From the NCBI GenBank assembly GCA_007376265.1, contig VMFW01000010.1:1945-65944 (forward strand): a DNA stretch of 64,000 nucleotides. Direction: 5' to 3'. Below the pieces are notes generated by a model that was not told the DNA's origin, searched no databases, and saw nothing but the letters and a program-made list of their open reading frames with translations. Of the stretch, positions 1 to 10,660 are shown piece after piece. A program made the translations under genes and the position numbers. This DNA comes from Parcubacteria group bacterium Gr01-1014_20 (GTDB taxonomy: Bacteria; Patescibacteriota; Minisyncoccia; UBA6257; 2-01-FULL-56-20). Numbering within the stretch: the first letter of the stretch is position 1; every line of letters starts with the position of its first letter.

Positions 1-854
<854 letters not shown>

Positions 855-990
855 CCAATACTGACTTTTACTTTAATGAACTCGGGATACAATTGAGTTC
901 ATTAAAGATTTTTTCTCCACCTATCAGGAATGCGTACCTGATGTGAAGTTTCTTATTCTATTATCAAAAATCTCGGAGTGACTTAAGACT

Positions 991-1013
991 AAAAAAGCCG
1001 CTTCTTTAGCGGC
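991..1013 (-). terminator. Intrinsic terminator-like hairpin inside the 23S rRNA leader
   Basis: Minus strand GCCGCT-AAAGA-AGCGGC followed by TTTTTT, between the promoter and the mature 23S. Confidence 0.6.
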
Positions 1014-1038
1014 CGCTACTCACACCGAAAAAGGCGCT

Positions 1039-1077
1039 TTAGCCGCTTTGCTGTGCAAGATTTAGTGCATTTATCAT
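1039..1077 (-). CDS. Putative 12-aa leader peptide (MINALNLAQQSG) in the rRNA leader
   Basis: ATG 10 nt after the -10 box; stop codon just upstream of the leader terminator. Confidence 0.35.
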   Translation of the reverse strand: MINALNLAQQSG

Positions 1078-1087
1078 TCCGGTGTTT

Positions 1088-1115
1088 ATTATAGACGGTG
1101 GACGGAGGCTGTCAA
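1088..1115 (-). promoter_or_regulatory. Sigma70 promoter of the 23S rRNA gene
   Basis: Perfect TTGACA-N16-TATAAT on the minus strand. Confidence 0.85.
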
Positions 1116-1230
1116 GTCTCCACGTTTAGGGTTTGGCGACGAGTTAGTATTGACAAATCCATGGATAAACTATAGAATATGGGCTGGAAATTTTGCTGGG
1201 AATAATGACCCGAAACCCAAGGAGGAAGAC

Positions 1231-1536
1231 GTGAGCACAGGCCAGATTGTTGTCGATCCGAAAGTTTTAATAGCTACCACAAGGCTGAATGGAGCGGTCG
1301 CTTTTCGGATTAGCGACTCGGATAGCTGCCTAAATGGTGAGAGGATAATCAATCTTCTCCGGCTGGGTGCTGCAGTGGTAAAAATCAGCTGTGGTAATTA
1401 TCCGTGGGAGAAGATGATCCAGGAGACGTGCGATTTTGTTAAACAGTTCGCAATCGAAAACGAAGAGATTGACTGCGCCATCACATCCGAAGGAAAGGTT
1501 GCTACAATCACTCGCAGAGTAAGGCCCCAGCCCTAG
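1231..1536 (+). CDS. Hypothetical protein (single-gene cassette)
   Basis: TTGACA-N17-TAGAAT promoter at 1150, AAGGAGG before GTG at 1231, terminator hairpin at ~1552-1584. Confidence 0.7.
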   Translation: MSTGQIVVDPKVLIATTRLNGAVAFRISDSDSCLNGERIINLLRLGAAVVKISCGNYPWEKMIQETCDFVKQFAIENEEIDCAITSEGKVATITRRVRPQP

Positions 1537-1699
1537 CGAATTGCTGTTTGGATCCGCCACCTTAACGAGGGGGCGGATTTTTTTACCAAATTAAAAACCG
1601 CTGGTCCTCACAACCAACGGCTCTTAATTTCTGTAATGTAATTGTACCAGAAACCAGACCAACTCCACAGTAAAACTGTGAATATCTTAGAACCCCAAA

Positions 1700-2386
1700 C
1701 TACATCTTGGTTTCGGTGTTTTCGCGAAGCCGACTAATAAGATGGGCCGCGTAGTCTCTACCTCCCAAGCCGAAGGCCAAACCCCCAGCTAAGGCAAGCA
1801 TGGCGATGAAACCGGTGATGACGGTGTTGATGATGCTTGGCGCGATGTTTAGCTGAACAAGCGATGCCAAGAAACCGAAAACAACAACCGACCACCAGGT
1901 TAATGAACCGAGGAAGTTGGCGCTGTGCATGCGGGCGCCCTTAACGGATGCCTTAACCACTCCGCGAAGGAAGTTGCCAAGGAAAGCGGCGGCTAGCATG
2001 ATTAAGACCGCCACGATTACGTTCGGAATGTAGAAAACAACCTGACCGAGGAAACTAGAAAAGGCGAAAAGATTAAGTTGGTCAGAGGCGGCGAGCAAGA
2101 AGCCAATTAAAATAAACCAATACGTTAACTGACCCAAGAACCTGGCGCCTCTAAGCTTTAATCCTCCCCTTTCGAAATAGGGGGCGATTTCGAGCTTGCC
2201 TAAGAAGGTATCGAGTCGGATAGCCATAAAAATCTTTTCGATCAGGGTGCCAAAGAAAGCGGCGAAGATAAGACCGATAATCAGAATAACAAGGGCGCCG
2301 ATTAAGTTTGGCAGGAAGCCTGAAAACCCCAACCAGAGATTCTGGAGCGATCCAACTATGACTGCTGATAAATCCTGAATAACCAT
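1700..2386 (-). CDS. Membrane protein, conserved TM-helix repeat (CmpX / MscS-associated) family
   Basis: Repeated 'FLPNLIGALVILIIG' / 'YIPNVIVAVLIML' and C-terminal 'LAFGLGGRD'. Confidence 0.8.
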   Translation of the reverse strand: MVIQDLSAVIVGSLQNLWLGFSGFLPNLIGALVILIIGLIFAAFFGTLIEKIFMAIRLDTFLGKLEIAPYFERGGLKLRGARFLGQLTYWFILIGFLLAASDQLNLFAFSSFLGQVVFYIPNVIVAVLIMLAAAFLGNFLRGVVKASVKGARMHSANFLGSLTWWSVVVFGFLASLVQLNIAPSIINTVITGFIAMLALAGGLAFGLGGRDYAAHLISRLRENTETKM

Positions 2387-2646
2387 ATTTTTTGATAAAC
2401 GCCTAAGGCTATCGAAAACTGAATTTTAGGCGTAATCGACCTTTGCCTTCATTCGAAAGACCCGAAAGTCAAAATTGCTTGGAAAATGAAGGTGTGTTTT
2501 CCTACCTTTAATTTTATCAAAGGGGGTGGGATAAAATGTGGATAACTATACCCAGAGGTTTATGGGGGTACTTACTAGGCTGAAACGGTTTTGCGGCAGC
2601 CGTTTGGAAAAAATAAACCTTCGGTTATAAACCGAAGGTTTTTTGT

Positions 2647-3486
2647 TTAAGCTGGTAGGAACTTCTCGGTGGCGTTGGCCACCCACATGTAATTATCGCG
2701 AACGGCGGCTAGGGCTTCGGGGGTGATGCTGTCCAGGTTACGGTAGACTTGCTTGTCTTTCATTTGGGCTTTGTCGCCACTCGGCCAAATGCGCCAAGAG
2801 TCATTGTCGATCACATCAGCCACGATAATAGTGTCGCGGTACGGTGGTTGGCAGCCAAGGCCACACTCAATCTTTAGATCAACAAGGGTAACCCCCTGTT
2901 TCTCCCAGGCTTCTTCAGCGGCGATAAAACAAATCCTGGCGAGAAAACTCATGTCATCAAAATCGGTGGGGAAGATGGCTGGACTCTCAAATAATTCGGA
3001 TAAAACCTGGGTGGGACCGACCGACAGAGGTTTGCGTGGGTCAAAGAGCTGGTATTCGGACTTATCTTGATCCCAAAAAATCATGGGATCGTGATGCGCG
3101 TCGTCCTTAAGGAAAAACTCAATGATGAGACTGTCGAAACGGGTTCCCTCCGCGACTTCCGGATTTCTTTTTAAGTAGGAGCCGGTCGCGATGCGGCGAG
3201 TGACGATTTCAATGGGAATCATCTGAACCCGTTGGGCGGCGAAGGTTGTCGAATCGACTCGATGAAGAAAGTGGGTGGGGATGCCTTTGGATCTTAGGAG
3301 TCGAAAGGCGTTGCAGGTGACAGTGGTTGAAAGAGCACCCTTGCTTGAGATGAGGTTTCTTCGCTCGCCATCACCGGCGGTAATATCATCCTTGCTTTCA
3401 ATCAGAACTTCGTCTTTGGAGCAAGGATCGGCCCAGATGATCTTGGTTTTGCCTTCAGCCAGTTTCTGCTTGTTCCCCTGATTCAC
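2647..3486 (-). CDS. purC: SAICAR synthetase
   Basis: EGKTK, DDITAGD, EIVTRRIATGS, LVDLKIE and ADVIDNDSWRIW motifs. Confidence 0.9.
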   Translation of the reverse strand: MNQGNKQKLAEGKTKIIWADPCSKDEVLIESKDDITAGDGERRNLISSKGALSTTVTCNAFRLLRSKGIPTHFLHRVDSTTFAAQRVQMIPIEIVTRRIATGSYLKRNPEVAEGTRFDSLIIEFFLKDDAHHDPMIFWDQDKSEYQLFDPRKPLSVGPTQVLSELFESPAIFPTDFDDMSFLARICFIAAEEAWEKQGVTLVDLKIECGLGCQPPYRDTIIVADVIDNDSWRIWPSGDKAQMKDKQVYRNLDSITPEALAAVRDNYMWVANATEKFLPA

Positions 3487-3554
3487 GAATACCTCCCTTT
3501 TTAGCGGTTAAGTGACTAGAGAAATAGTAGACAAAAGCTGACCTCGAGTCAAAG

Positions 3555-5021
3555 TTATAGGTTAAAGATTTTGTCCGTGTTGACTGGTTCTAGATTTCTA
3601 AATTTACGGTGAGCAAACTCGTTAGTTTTTGAGTTGTAGCCGTAGTCTCCGGACCAAGCTCTACCTTTTCGAGCGACTTCCTTTAGTGCCTTTATGATAA
3701 CCGAAATTTCTTGGCTCGACATTATAGGGTTAATGGAAAGGCGGACGAAACCAGGTTTTGAGGAGTAATCGCCATGACCAAGCTGGTCAGTGATTTTTTT
3801 AGAGATTTTTTTATCAATATTAAAAAGATGGTGACCGTAAGTGCCGGCGCAAGCGCAACCCCCGCGAGTTTGGATACCAAAGCGGTCGTTTAACAACTTG
3901 GAAACTAGGTTGTAGTGGAGGCCTTCTATGTTAAAAGAGATGACGCCGAGGCGATGTCCATGCTCCCCCGCTAGAATATGGAGGTTGCTTATTTTTTTCA
4001 TCGCTCTGAAAAGTAGGGTCAAAATTTCTTTTTCACGGGCTAAAATGTTTTTTATACCCATTTTTTCCTTGAGTTTAATGGCTAGAGCGACCTTAATGGT
4101 GCCCAAGAAAGGCGGAGTCCCACCGTCTTCACGAGCCTCAATGTTTTCGAAATAATGATGTTCGCCCCAAGGATTAGTCCAAAGAACGGTGCCACCGCCA
4201 GGATGGTCGGGGACCTTATTAGAATAGAGGTTGGAGTCGAAAATCAGAATACCGGGTGTTCCCGGGCCGCCTAGAAATTTGTGGGGTGAAAAATAGATGG
4301 CGTCCAATTTTTCCCGTGGATCCCGAGGGTGCATATTTATTTTCACGTAAGGAGCGGCGCAGGCGTAGTCAACAAAACAGAGCCCTCCGTTTTGGTGGAT
4401 GAGTTTAGCAATTTTGTGAATGGGCGGCTCTAGGCCGGTTACGTTTGAAGCGGCGCTCACAGCGGCGATTTTCCGCTTTCGGTTTTTGTATTTTTTTAGA
4501 AGTTTTTTAAAATTATCTAAACTCACTAAACCATCACGCCCAGGTGGAACAATCTCTACGTCACAAATGGTTTCTAGCCAAGAAGTTTGGTTAGAGTGGT
4601 GCTCCATATGCGTAATAAAAACAACTGGTCGGAGGCCAGCTGGCGGTTTGACGAATTTATTTAGTTTTTCTGGAACCCTTAAGCCCAGGATGCGCTGCAA
4701 TTTATTTACAGCGCCAGTCATACCAGAACCAGCCGCAATTAAAATGTCGCTATCGTTAGCGCCGGCGTGGTGCTTAATAATTCTTTGGGCTTCGTGATAG
4801 CTTCTTGTCATGGCGGTCCCGGTGACCGTGACCTCGGTGTGAGTGTTGCCCACAAAGGGCCCAAAATCTTTGACGAGTTTTTTTTCGATGGGTCCGTAAA
4901 GCCGGCCGCTCGCCGTCCAGTCAGCGTAGATGATTTTCTTTTGGCCGTAAGGGGTTTCAAAGCGCTGGTTATAACCCACGGTATTTTTTCTGAATTGGTC
5001 GAAGCGTTTCTCGAGAGACAT
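3555..5021 (-). CDS. Class V PLP-dependent aminotransferase (cysteine desulfurase-like)
   Basis: YADWTASG, EHHSN, SNVTG, SPHKFLGGPG, RGGCACAG motifs. Confidence 0.88.
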   Translation of the reverse strand: MSLEKRFDQFRKNTVGYNQRFETPYGQKKIIYADWTASGRLYGPIEKKLVKDFGPFVGNTHTEVTVTGTAMTRSYHEAQRIIKHHAGANDSDILIAAGSGMTGAVNKLQRILGLRVPEKLNKFVKPPAGLRPVVFITHMEHHSNQTSWLETICDVEIVPPGRDGLVSLDNFKKLLKKYKNRKRKIAAVSAASNVTGLEPPIHKIAKLIHQNGGLCFVDYACAAPYVKINMHPRDPREKLDAIYFSPHKFLGGPGTPGILIFDSNLYSNKVPDHPGGGTVLWTNPWGEHHYFENIEAREDGGTPPFLGTIKVALAIKLKEKMGIKNILAREKEILTLLFRAMKKISNLHILAGEHGHRLGVISFNIEGLHYNLVSKLLNDRFGIQTRGGCACAGTYGHHLFNIDKKISKKITDQLGHGDYSSKPGFVRLSINPIMSSQEISVIIKALKEVARKGRAWSGDYGYNSKTNEFAHRKFRNLEPVNTDKIFNL

Positions 5022-5137
5022 TATTTAATAATGCTATGCCAAAAGGATTTGAAAGGCTAACTAGTGGAGGTGATTGACAAAAATCATTAAAAATACTAAT
5101 ATGTATCGGTAAACTGCAACTTAACAAAGGAGGAGTA

Positions 5138-5563
5138 GTGTCGACGGCGAACGTTCTCGTTTCTGGCAGTTCTGGCCAAGAACTCCTGGACCCCACATGG
5201 GAAGTAACTAAAGATACTGAAGACACATCGCTTCAAGATGGCAGTAACCTCACGCTGGAGGCGGTGCCGTTTCTGAAAACAGGAGAAGATTGCATCGACG
5301 GTGAAAAGCTCGAGATCCGCGCGGCTGATCTCGGAACACCTCATGGAAAGAAGCTGGTCAAAACTCTTTTCGACAATCGGGATAAGATCGATCCGAGCTG
5401 GCGAGCCTTCTGTCTCGTCTTTCTCGGGACCGTGGGCAAAGATAAGGCTAGCAACCGAAGAGTCCTTAGCCTCAGTTGGAACGGCAAAGACTGGTACGTC
5501 GGCTTCAGATGGCTGGACCGGAAATGGGGAAGTCGCGCTCGACTCATAAGAATTGCAAATTAA
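5138..5563 (+). CDS. Hypothetical protein with Trp-rich C-terminus
   Basis: TTGACA-N17-TAATAT promoter, AAGGAGG, GTG start, downstream hairpin. Confidence 0.75.
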   Translation: MSTANVLVSGSSGQELLDPTWEVTKDTEDTSLQDGSNLTLEAVPFLKTGEDCIDGEKLEIRAADLGTPHGKKLVKTLFDNRDKIDPSWRAFCLVFLGTVGKDKASNRRVLSLSWNGKDWYVGFRWLDRKWGSRARLIRIAN

Positions 5564-5680
5564 TTTGGGACTAAAAACCGCCTCGATCGTAGTGGCGGTT
5601 TTGTTTTTTCAAGATTGACCACCGGCTTTATCGGTGATACTTATAAACTAGACTAATTAGGTAACTTGAAAGGAGAGGAC

Positions 5681-6091
5681 GTGGATGACTATCGAATTTC
5701 GATAAAAGGGGTGGTTGCGGCCGGTGAGAAGTTTTTGGTACTGGCGCAGAATTCATCAATTGGCCTCATTTGGACTCTGCCCGGAGGTAGAGTAGAGCCA
5801 GGAGAAACACCAGAAGAAACTCTGAACCGAGAAGTGCTCGAAGAGATCGCCTGCAAGATCAAAATAATCCGCCCGATGGGATACTACTGGGCGGTTGGAA
5901 CAAACAGCAAGCGTTGGGTTTGCTGTATAACTTACCTTTGCGAGATTTCTTTGGGCGAGATCGACATCACCAAGAACCCGGATGGTGGAAAAATCATTGA
6001 GTACCGATGGGTGACGAAAGAAGAGTTTCTGGCGGATGAATATAGGGTGGCGGATGGGACTATCAAGGATTTCATTCGGCGAGAAATATGA
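5681..6091 (+). CDS. NUDIX hydrolase
   Basis: Nudix box GGRVEPGETPEETLNREVLEE; AAGGAG before GTG at 5681. Confidence 0.88.
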   Translation: MDDYRISIKGVVAAGEKFLVLAQNSSIGLIWTLPGGRVEPGETPEETLNREVLEEIACKIKIIRPMGYYWAVGTNSKRWVCCITYLCEISLGEIDITKNPDGGKIIEYRWVTKEEFLADEYRVADGTIKDFIRREI

Positions 6092-6133
6092 AAAAAGATA
6101 AAGCCGTACGAGGTTACTCGCACGGCTTTTTGT

Positions 6134-7015
6134 TTACTTTTTGAGCTGTTTCTTGGCGGAGACAAGACGTTTATCGCCTCCGACGCTAAGGGTCGGATAC
6201 TTGAGTTTCATAGACTCAAGCGCAGAGACAATGACAGTTGAGATCAAAGCGGCGGTGAACCACTTGTTGTCAGATGGGACAATGTACCAGGGAGAGGCCT
6301 TCGTGCTCGTTGCGGAGATCGCTTCCTCATAGGAACGCATATACTCACTCCAGAGGGCGCGCTTGGCGATGTCGTCGAGTGAGAACTTCCAACGCTTTTC
6401 GGGAGTGTCGATTCTTTCGAGGAAACGTCTCCCCTGTTTTTTCTTTGAGACGTTCAGGAAGAACTTGAGAACGACGGTGCCGTTATCGGTCAAGTATCTT
6501 TCGAAATTGACGATTTCTCGGAAACGGCGAGTCCAGATATCCTTGTCTTTCAGATCGTCGGGTAAGCGTTGCGCCTTCAGGATCTCGGGATGAACTCTCA
6601 CCACAACTGTTTCTTCATAGTAGGAGCGGTTGTGGACGCCAATTTTGCCACGCTCAGGAAGGCCCTTCACGCACCGCCACAAGTAATCGTGAGCCAGTTC
6701 TTCCGCCGAGGGAGACTTGAAGCTGTGGACCTGGATGCCCATGGGATTGATACAGTCCATGACCCGGCGAATAGTGCTGTCTTTGCCGGCGGCGTCCATG
6801 CCTTGAAAAATCGCCAGCACCGAACGAGTGCCATCTGCGTAAAGAATTTCTTGGAGCTCAGCGATTCTTCGTGAATTGACCTCGAGGATCTTCAGGGCAG
6901 CAGCCTTGGTAAGACCACCAGTGGAGCCAGGATCGTAGTCTTTGATCGACACTCGTTTTCCGGGTGGTGCCAAAAACGGTTTCGCATTGATCTTCTTTTG
7001 CTTCTTTTTTGCCAC
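6134..7015 (-). CDS. ppk2: Polyphosphate kinase 2 family protein
   Basis: QGMDAAGKDS Walker A, HDYLWR, NRSYYE, PWYIVPSDNKW. Confidence 0.92.
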   Translation of the reverse strand: MAKKKQKKINAKPFLAPPGKRVSIKDYDPGSTGGLTKAAALKILEVNSRRIAELQEILYADGTRSVLAIFQGMDAAGKDSTIRRVMDCINPMGIQVHSFKSPSAEELAHDYLWRCVKGLPERGKIGVHNRSYYEETVVVRVHPEILKAQRLPDDLKDKDIWTRRFREIVNFERYLTDNGTVVLKFFLNVSKKKQGRRFLERIDTPEKRWKFSLDDIAKRALWSEYMRSYEEAISATSTKASPWYIVPSDNKWFTAALISTVIVSALESMKLKYPTLSVGGDKRLVSAKKQLKK

Positions 7016-7115
7016 TCGTACTCCCTCCGTGAAAAGTTATGAATTAAGAGATTGTGAGCCAAAAAACTGCCTTAGATTCTAAACTAAAACTTGTTCTTTG
7101 TCAACTAGGAAGAAC

Positions 7116-9194
7116 TTACTCAAGCTTTAGCTCTTTTATGGTTTCCCAGCTCTTTTCGTTTAGAACTACTACTCGATCATCACCTACAACATAGAGATAG
7201 TCGTTAAGATAAAGCGCGCGGCGAGAGCGAATTTGGCTCACCGCTTTTTTAAGCGAGAGAGTGTTGCCTTCATAAGAGAAGACGTATCCCCCTTCGCCGC
7301 CAGGTAAGAAGAAAATGTTGTGAGCGGCGTCACTTAGAAACGCGTGATGGGTGCTTTGAACTTCGGTCCAGTAGTCTTTCAAGGAGTATTTGGAAATTTC
7401 GGTGGGGTTCGAGGGATTTGAAACATTAAATAGAGAGAGCTTGACACTGCCACCTTCTTGGCCTACCCCTAAGATCAAGTTTTTCTCGAGCGGGTGGAGG
7501 TAGGAAGAGAAGCCGGGGATTTTAAGTTCGCCTTTCATTTCGGGCTTCCTGGGATTCGAGAGGTCTAAAACGTAGAATGGGTCGGTTTGGCGAAAGGTCA
7601 CAAGATAGCCCCGATCCTCAACGAAGCGAGCCGAGTAGATTCTTTCGGTAAGCCCCAGATCGCGCACGGAGCCAATAATGTTTAGCCCGCCGTCTAAGAC
7701 GTAAACATCGTTCGCGCTCTCCGCGTTCCCACCACCAAAACCCCAGAAGAAGCCACCCTCTATAGTTGAAGCCAAACGGAGATTGTTGTTCCACTCATCC
7801 ATCGAGAATTGGTTTAAGAGAGTACCGGGAATGTTGCCGGTCGCGGCAATTTGTAAATTGTTTAGAGAAATCTTAGTAAGACCAGTTTTAGAAAGTTCGC
7901 GGATGTGACTCTTCATATAATCCTTCAGACGATTTTGGATTTCGTTTTCAAATTTCAACCGATCGTCTTTTTCCAAGGAATTTAGATGGCGATCTAAAAT
8001 CATCTGAAACTCATTCATTTTGGAAGACTGACTAATGTCGTAGCCTTCTAACTTTTCGAGTTGGGTCAAGACTGAAGATGAAACAAGGTCGCGAGCTTTT
8101 TCCTTAAAAAAACCGAGGAAAATTTTCACGTAATCGCCGGGATAGGAGTAGGCCACATAAAGCGCATTCGGGGACATGTAGATGACAGACGAACCAGAAG
8201 TGCCAACGAAAGAAAGGTGGTTTTTAACCGAACCAGTTTCCGGATCCAAAATCATGGCGGTGTAAGTGACGTCTGCCGGGGTCTCGGCGCGGGGGTGGTA
8301 AATTTCAGTACAAGGAATAGAGAGGGCGCTCCCTTTTACGGTCACCGGTATAAAAGGACAGGGATGGCCGGAATTGACCCAGGTTTGAGTAACTAAATAG
8401 ATTTTTCCATCATGGAGCCGAGAGGTTGAGAGGTAAGAGTTATCTTTCAAATCGACACGCCATTTTTCTGTGGGCGAGTCGGGATTTGATACATCGTAGC
8501 CGAATACAGACTGGCCTTCAAAAATAACGAGGATTTTACCGCTCAGCAATAGGTTGCCGGATTTTTGAATTTTGGTCCTTAGGGCCAAGGATTCCGGCGG
8601 GAAAGCTTTTAAAACTTTGGTTTCGCCGCGATTTTGGGGATAGTAATCTGGAGCGATTCTCTTATCTTCGCCTATGGCTGGCTCCATCATCGGCATAGGA
8701 CGACCATAGTAATAGAAAGATTCGAGGGAAAGATAGATTTCTTTGCCGTTGGTTTTCAAAATGTCGGGTTCGTCGATACCAGAAACTTGAACGTTAGTAC
8801 CCGAGACGCGATCAGGCGAAGCGGTAGATTTATTATCAGCGCCGGCGATCGGAGAGGGCGCGCCGGGCATGGCGTCTGATTCCATCATCGGAGCCATCTG
8901 CCTCAAGGCCACGCCGCTAAAACCGAAGCCGCCCAGATTCTCGGCGTTCGAGAGATATTCTTTAAATTCGACTTCAGATTTAAATTTAACGAAAGTGCTT
9001 AGGGTTTTATCCGACTTCAGATCTTCTGGTACTTTGCCTTGAGGATCTGAACCGGGGTTTTTAGGAAACCAGTCATTAATAACGGGGAAACCAGCCTCTG
9101 GGTTATTCAGCCATGAGGTGACAAACAGGGCACAAAGAGTGCCGAAAACGACAATCACTGCTAGCGCAGTCTTGGTACTAATTTTTTTGTGCAT
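7116..9194 (-). CDS. Secreted/anchored beta-propeller domain protein
   Basis: N-terminal TM; TNVQVSGIDEPDILKT, LNQFSMDE, ERIYSARF, GELKIPGFSSYLHP motifs. Confidence 0.85.
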   Translation of the reverse strand: MHKKISTKTALAVIVVFGTLCALFVTSWLNNPEAGFPVINDWFPKNPGSDPQGKVPEDLKSDKTLSTFVKFKSEVEFKEYLSNAENLGGFGFSGVALRQMAPMMESDAMPGAPSPIAGADNKSTASPDRVSGTNVQVSGIDEPDILKTNGKEIYLSLESFYYYGRPMPMMEPAIGEDKRIAPDYYPQNRGETKVLKAFPPESLALRTKIQKSGNLLLSGKILVIFEGQSVFGYDVSNPDSPTEKWRVDLKDNSYLSTSRLHDGKIYLVTQTWVNSGHPCPFIPVTVKGSALSIPCTEIYHPRAETPADVTYTAMILDPETGSVKNHLSFVGTSGSSVIYMSPNALYVAYSYPGDYVKIFLGFFKEKARDLVSSSVLTQLEKLEGYDISQSSKMNEFQMILDRHLNSLEKDDRLKFENEIQNRLKDYMKSHIRELSKTGLTKISLNNLQIAATGNIPGTLLNQFSMDEWNNNLRLASTIEGGFFWGFGGGNAESANDVYVLDGGLNIIGSVRDLGLTERIYSARFVEDRGYLVTFRQTDPFYVLDLSNPRKPEMKGELKIPGFSSYLHPLEKNLILGVGQEGGSVKLSLFNVSNPSNPTEISKYSLKDYWTEVQSTHHAFLSDAAHNIFFLPGGEGGYVFSYEGNTLSLKKAVSQIRSRRALYLNDYLYVVGDDRVVVLNEKSWETIKELKLE

Positions 9195-9204
9195 ACCTTA
9201 ATTA

Positions 9205-9230
9205 TACGCCAACAAAGAGGGGTTGTTACA
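9205..9230 (-). promoter_or_regulatory. ECF-type promoter TGTAAC-N16-CGTA
   Basis: Directly upstream of the beta-propeller gene; same spacing as three other sites in the window. Confidence 0.6.
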
Positions 9231-9234
9231 TTTG

Positions 9235-9305
9235 TGGACCTAGGCGGAATCGGACCGCCGTCTCAGCAATGCGAATGCTGCGTTCTGCCACTGAACCATA
9301 GGCCC
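9235..9305 (-). tRNA. tRNA-Ala(CGC)
   Basis: Cloverleaf, G3:U70 pair, anticodon loop TT-CGC-AT; T-loop variant GTCCGA; CCA not encoded. Confidence 0.92.
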
Positions 9306-9351
9306 TCCGGGGGAAACTATATCAGAAATAGTTCCGACCGCAAACGCAAAA

Positions 9352-9783
9352 CTACTTGGCTTTCTTCTTTATTTTCTTGGCTCTACTCTTGCGACCGAGG
9401 GCGTGAATTTCTTTTTCGATACGGTGGATGTCTGCGTCCAACTCCTCAATCTCACCTTCTTCTTCCTCAATTTCCTTCTCGGTTTTTTCCACTAGTTTTT
9501 TTTCGCCTTTGATGCCGGAGAGAATAATCCGGTCGCCGATGAAGAAAGATACGAAAAGCCCAGTGATAAGCAGTGTGGCAACGCTAACTATTATCGAGAC
9601 TGGGCCAAAAAGAAATGGGAAAAGCTCGGCAGTTTCCCAGACGCCCTTCCAGAAAAGAACGATAGCTACTCCCCCGATCGCGGTATATAGCACCGGGTGG
9701 CGACTCAAACGCCCCCGAACTTTGTCTTCGAGTTTGTCAAAAAACCAGAAGGTTTTTTCAAAAAGATTTTTATTTTTTGGCAT
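9352..9783 (-). CDS. Hypothetical membrane protein with coiled-coil tail
   Basis: Two hydrophobic segments; overlaps the msrB 3' end. Confidence 0.75.
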   Translation of the reverse strand: MPKNKNLFEKTFWFFDKLEDKVRGRLSRHPVLYTAIGGVAIVLFWKGVWETAELFPFLFGPVSIIVSVATLLITGLFVSFFIGDRIILSGIKGEKKLVEKTEKEIEEEEGEIEELDADIHRIEKEIHALGRKSRAKKIKKKAK

Positions 9784-10174
9784 TTTCTTTTTCAAGTTTT
9801 AACGAAGCGGAGTTAATGCAAAACCTCTTACAACTTGGCCCAGGGCCGTCATCAAAAACATGCCCCAAGTGGGCGCCGCAGCGCTTGCACAGAACTTCAA
9901 CACGACTCATGCCGTGGTTCATGTCTTCTTTGAGTTCAACGCGTTCTTTGTTAGTCGGGTCGGTGAAACTTGGCCAGCCAGTGCCAGAATCAAATTTAGC
10001 GTCTGACGAAAAAAGCTCTAAGCCGCAATTAGAGCATTTATACATACCCTTGTCGTGGGTCGCATGGTATTTACCGGTAAAAGGAGCCTCGGTGCCGGCT
10101 TCACGAGTGATGTGATAGGTCTCGGCGTCGAGCTCTTTTTTCCAATCATCCTTAGATTTTTGGATTGGATCCAT
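9770..10174 (-). CDS. msrB: Peptide methionine (R)-sulfoxide reductase
   Basis: GTEAPFTG, KFDSGTGWPSF, HLGHVFDDGP, RFCINSASL. Confidence 0.96.
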   Translation of the reverse strand: MDPIQKSKDDWKKELDAETYHITREAGTEAPFTGKYHATHDKGMYKCSNCGLELFSSDAKFDSGTGWPSFTDPTNKERVELKEDMNHGMSRVEVLCKRCGAHLGHVFDDGPGPSCKRFCINSASLKLEKENAKK

Positions 10175-10183
10175 GTCTAAATT

Positions 10184-10660
10184 CTACATGGAGCGGCGAG
10201 ATTTGAGAATAACTAAAAGACCGAGAATAAAGAGCAGGGTCGAAGTAAGCGCCGAAAACATGCAATAGATGCAGATGGCTTTGATAATAACGAGTTGGAT
10301 AAAAACAAAATAGATGGCGGCGAGCAGACCGAAAATATTTAAGTAGGAAGCGTAGAGGAAGTACTTTTCATTTTTCCGATCGAGAAATAAGATTGATAGG
10401 ACGATGATGAAAAGATAGTAGATGGAACCTAAAAGCGCGACCGGCACACCCAAAATGACCGAATACTCACTCGTAGTCACTTTTTCGCAACCCTCAACGA
10501 TGGTGCAGGGCGGAATGACGCCCCGAAAATGTTCGACGGAGAGATAGGTCGCGTCCAAAAAACCCAAAAAAGCGACCACTAGAAAAGTGATCGCTAGGGC
10601 TTTACTGACTAACGGCTTGGGGAGTAGCGCCGTTTTTGATGAGGATGGTTCTAAATTCAT
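10184..10660 (-). CDS. Vitamin K epoxide reductase (VKOR) family protein
   Basis: C..C..V..S.YS...GVPVA and CIYC motif; next to a DsbA gene. Confidence 0.9.
   Translation of the reverse strand: MNLEPSSSKTALLPKPLVSKALAITFLVVAFLGFLDATYLSVEHFRGVIPPCTIVEGCEKVTTSEYSVILGVPVALLGSIYYLFIIVLSILFLDRKNEKYFLYASYLNIFGLLAAIYFVFIQLVIIKAICIYCMFSALTSTLLFILGLLVILKSRRSM

Noticed and set aside
2538-2546. DnaA-box-like TGTGGATAA (also near 38856)
   Set aside because: Isolated copies with no cluster, no dnaA and no unwinding element; not enough to call an origin.
5138-5563. Trp-rich C-terminus reminiscent of a diversity-generating retroelement target
   Set aside because: No template repeat or reverse transcriptase seen in the window.
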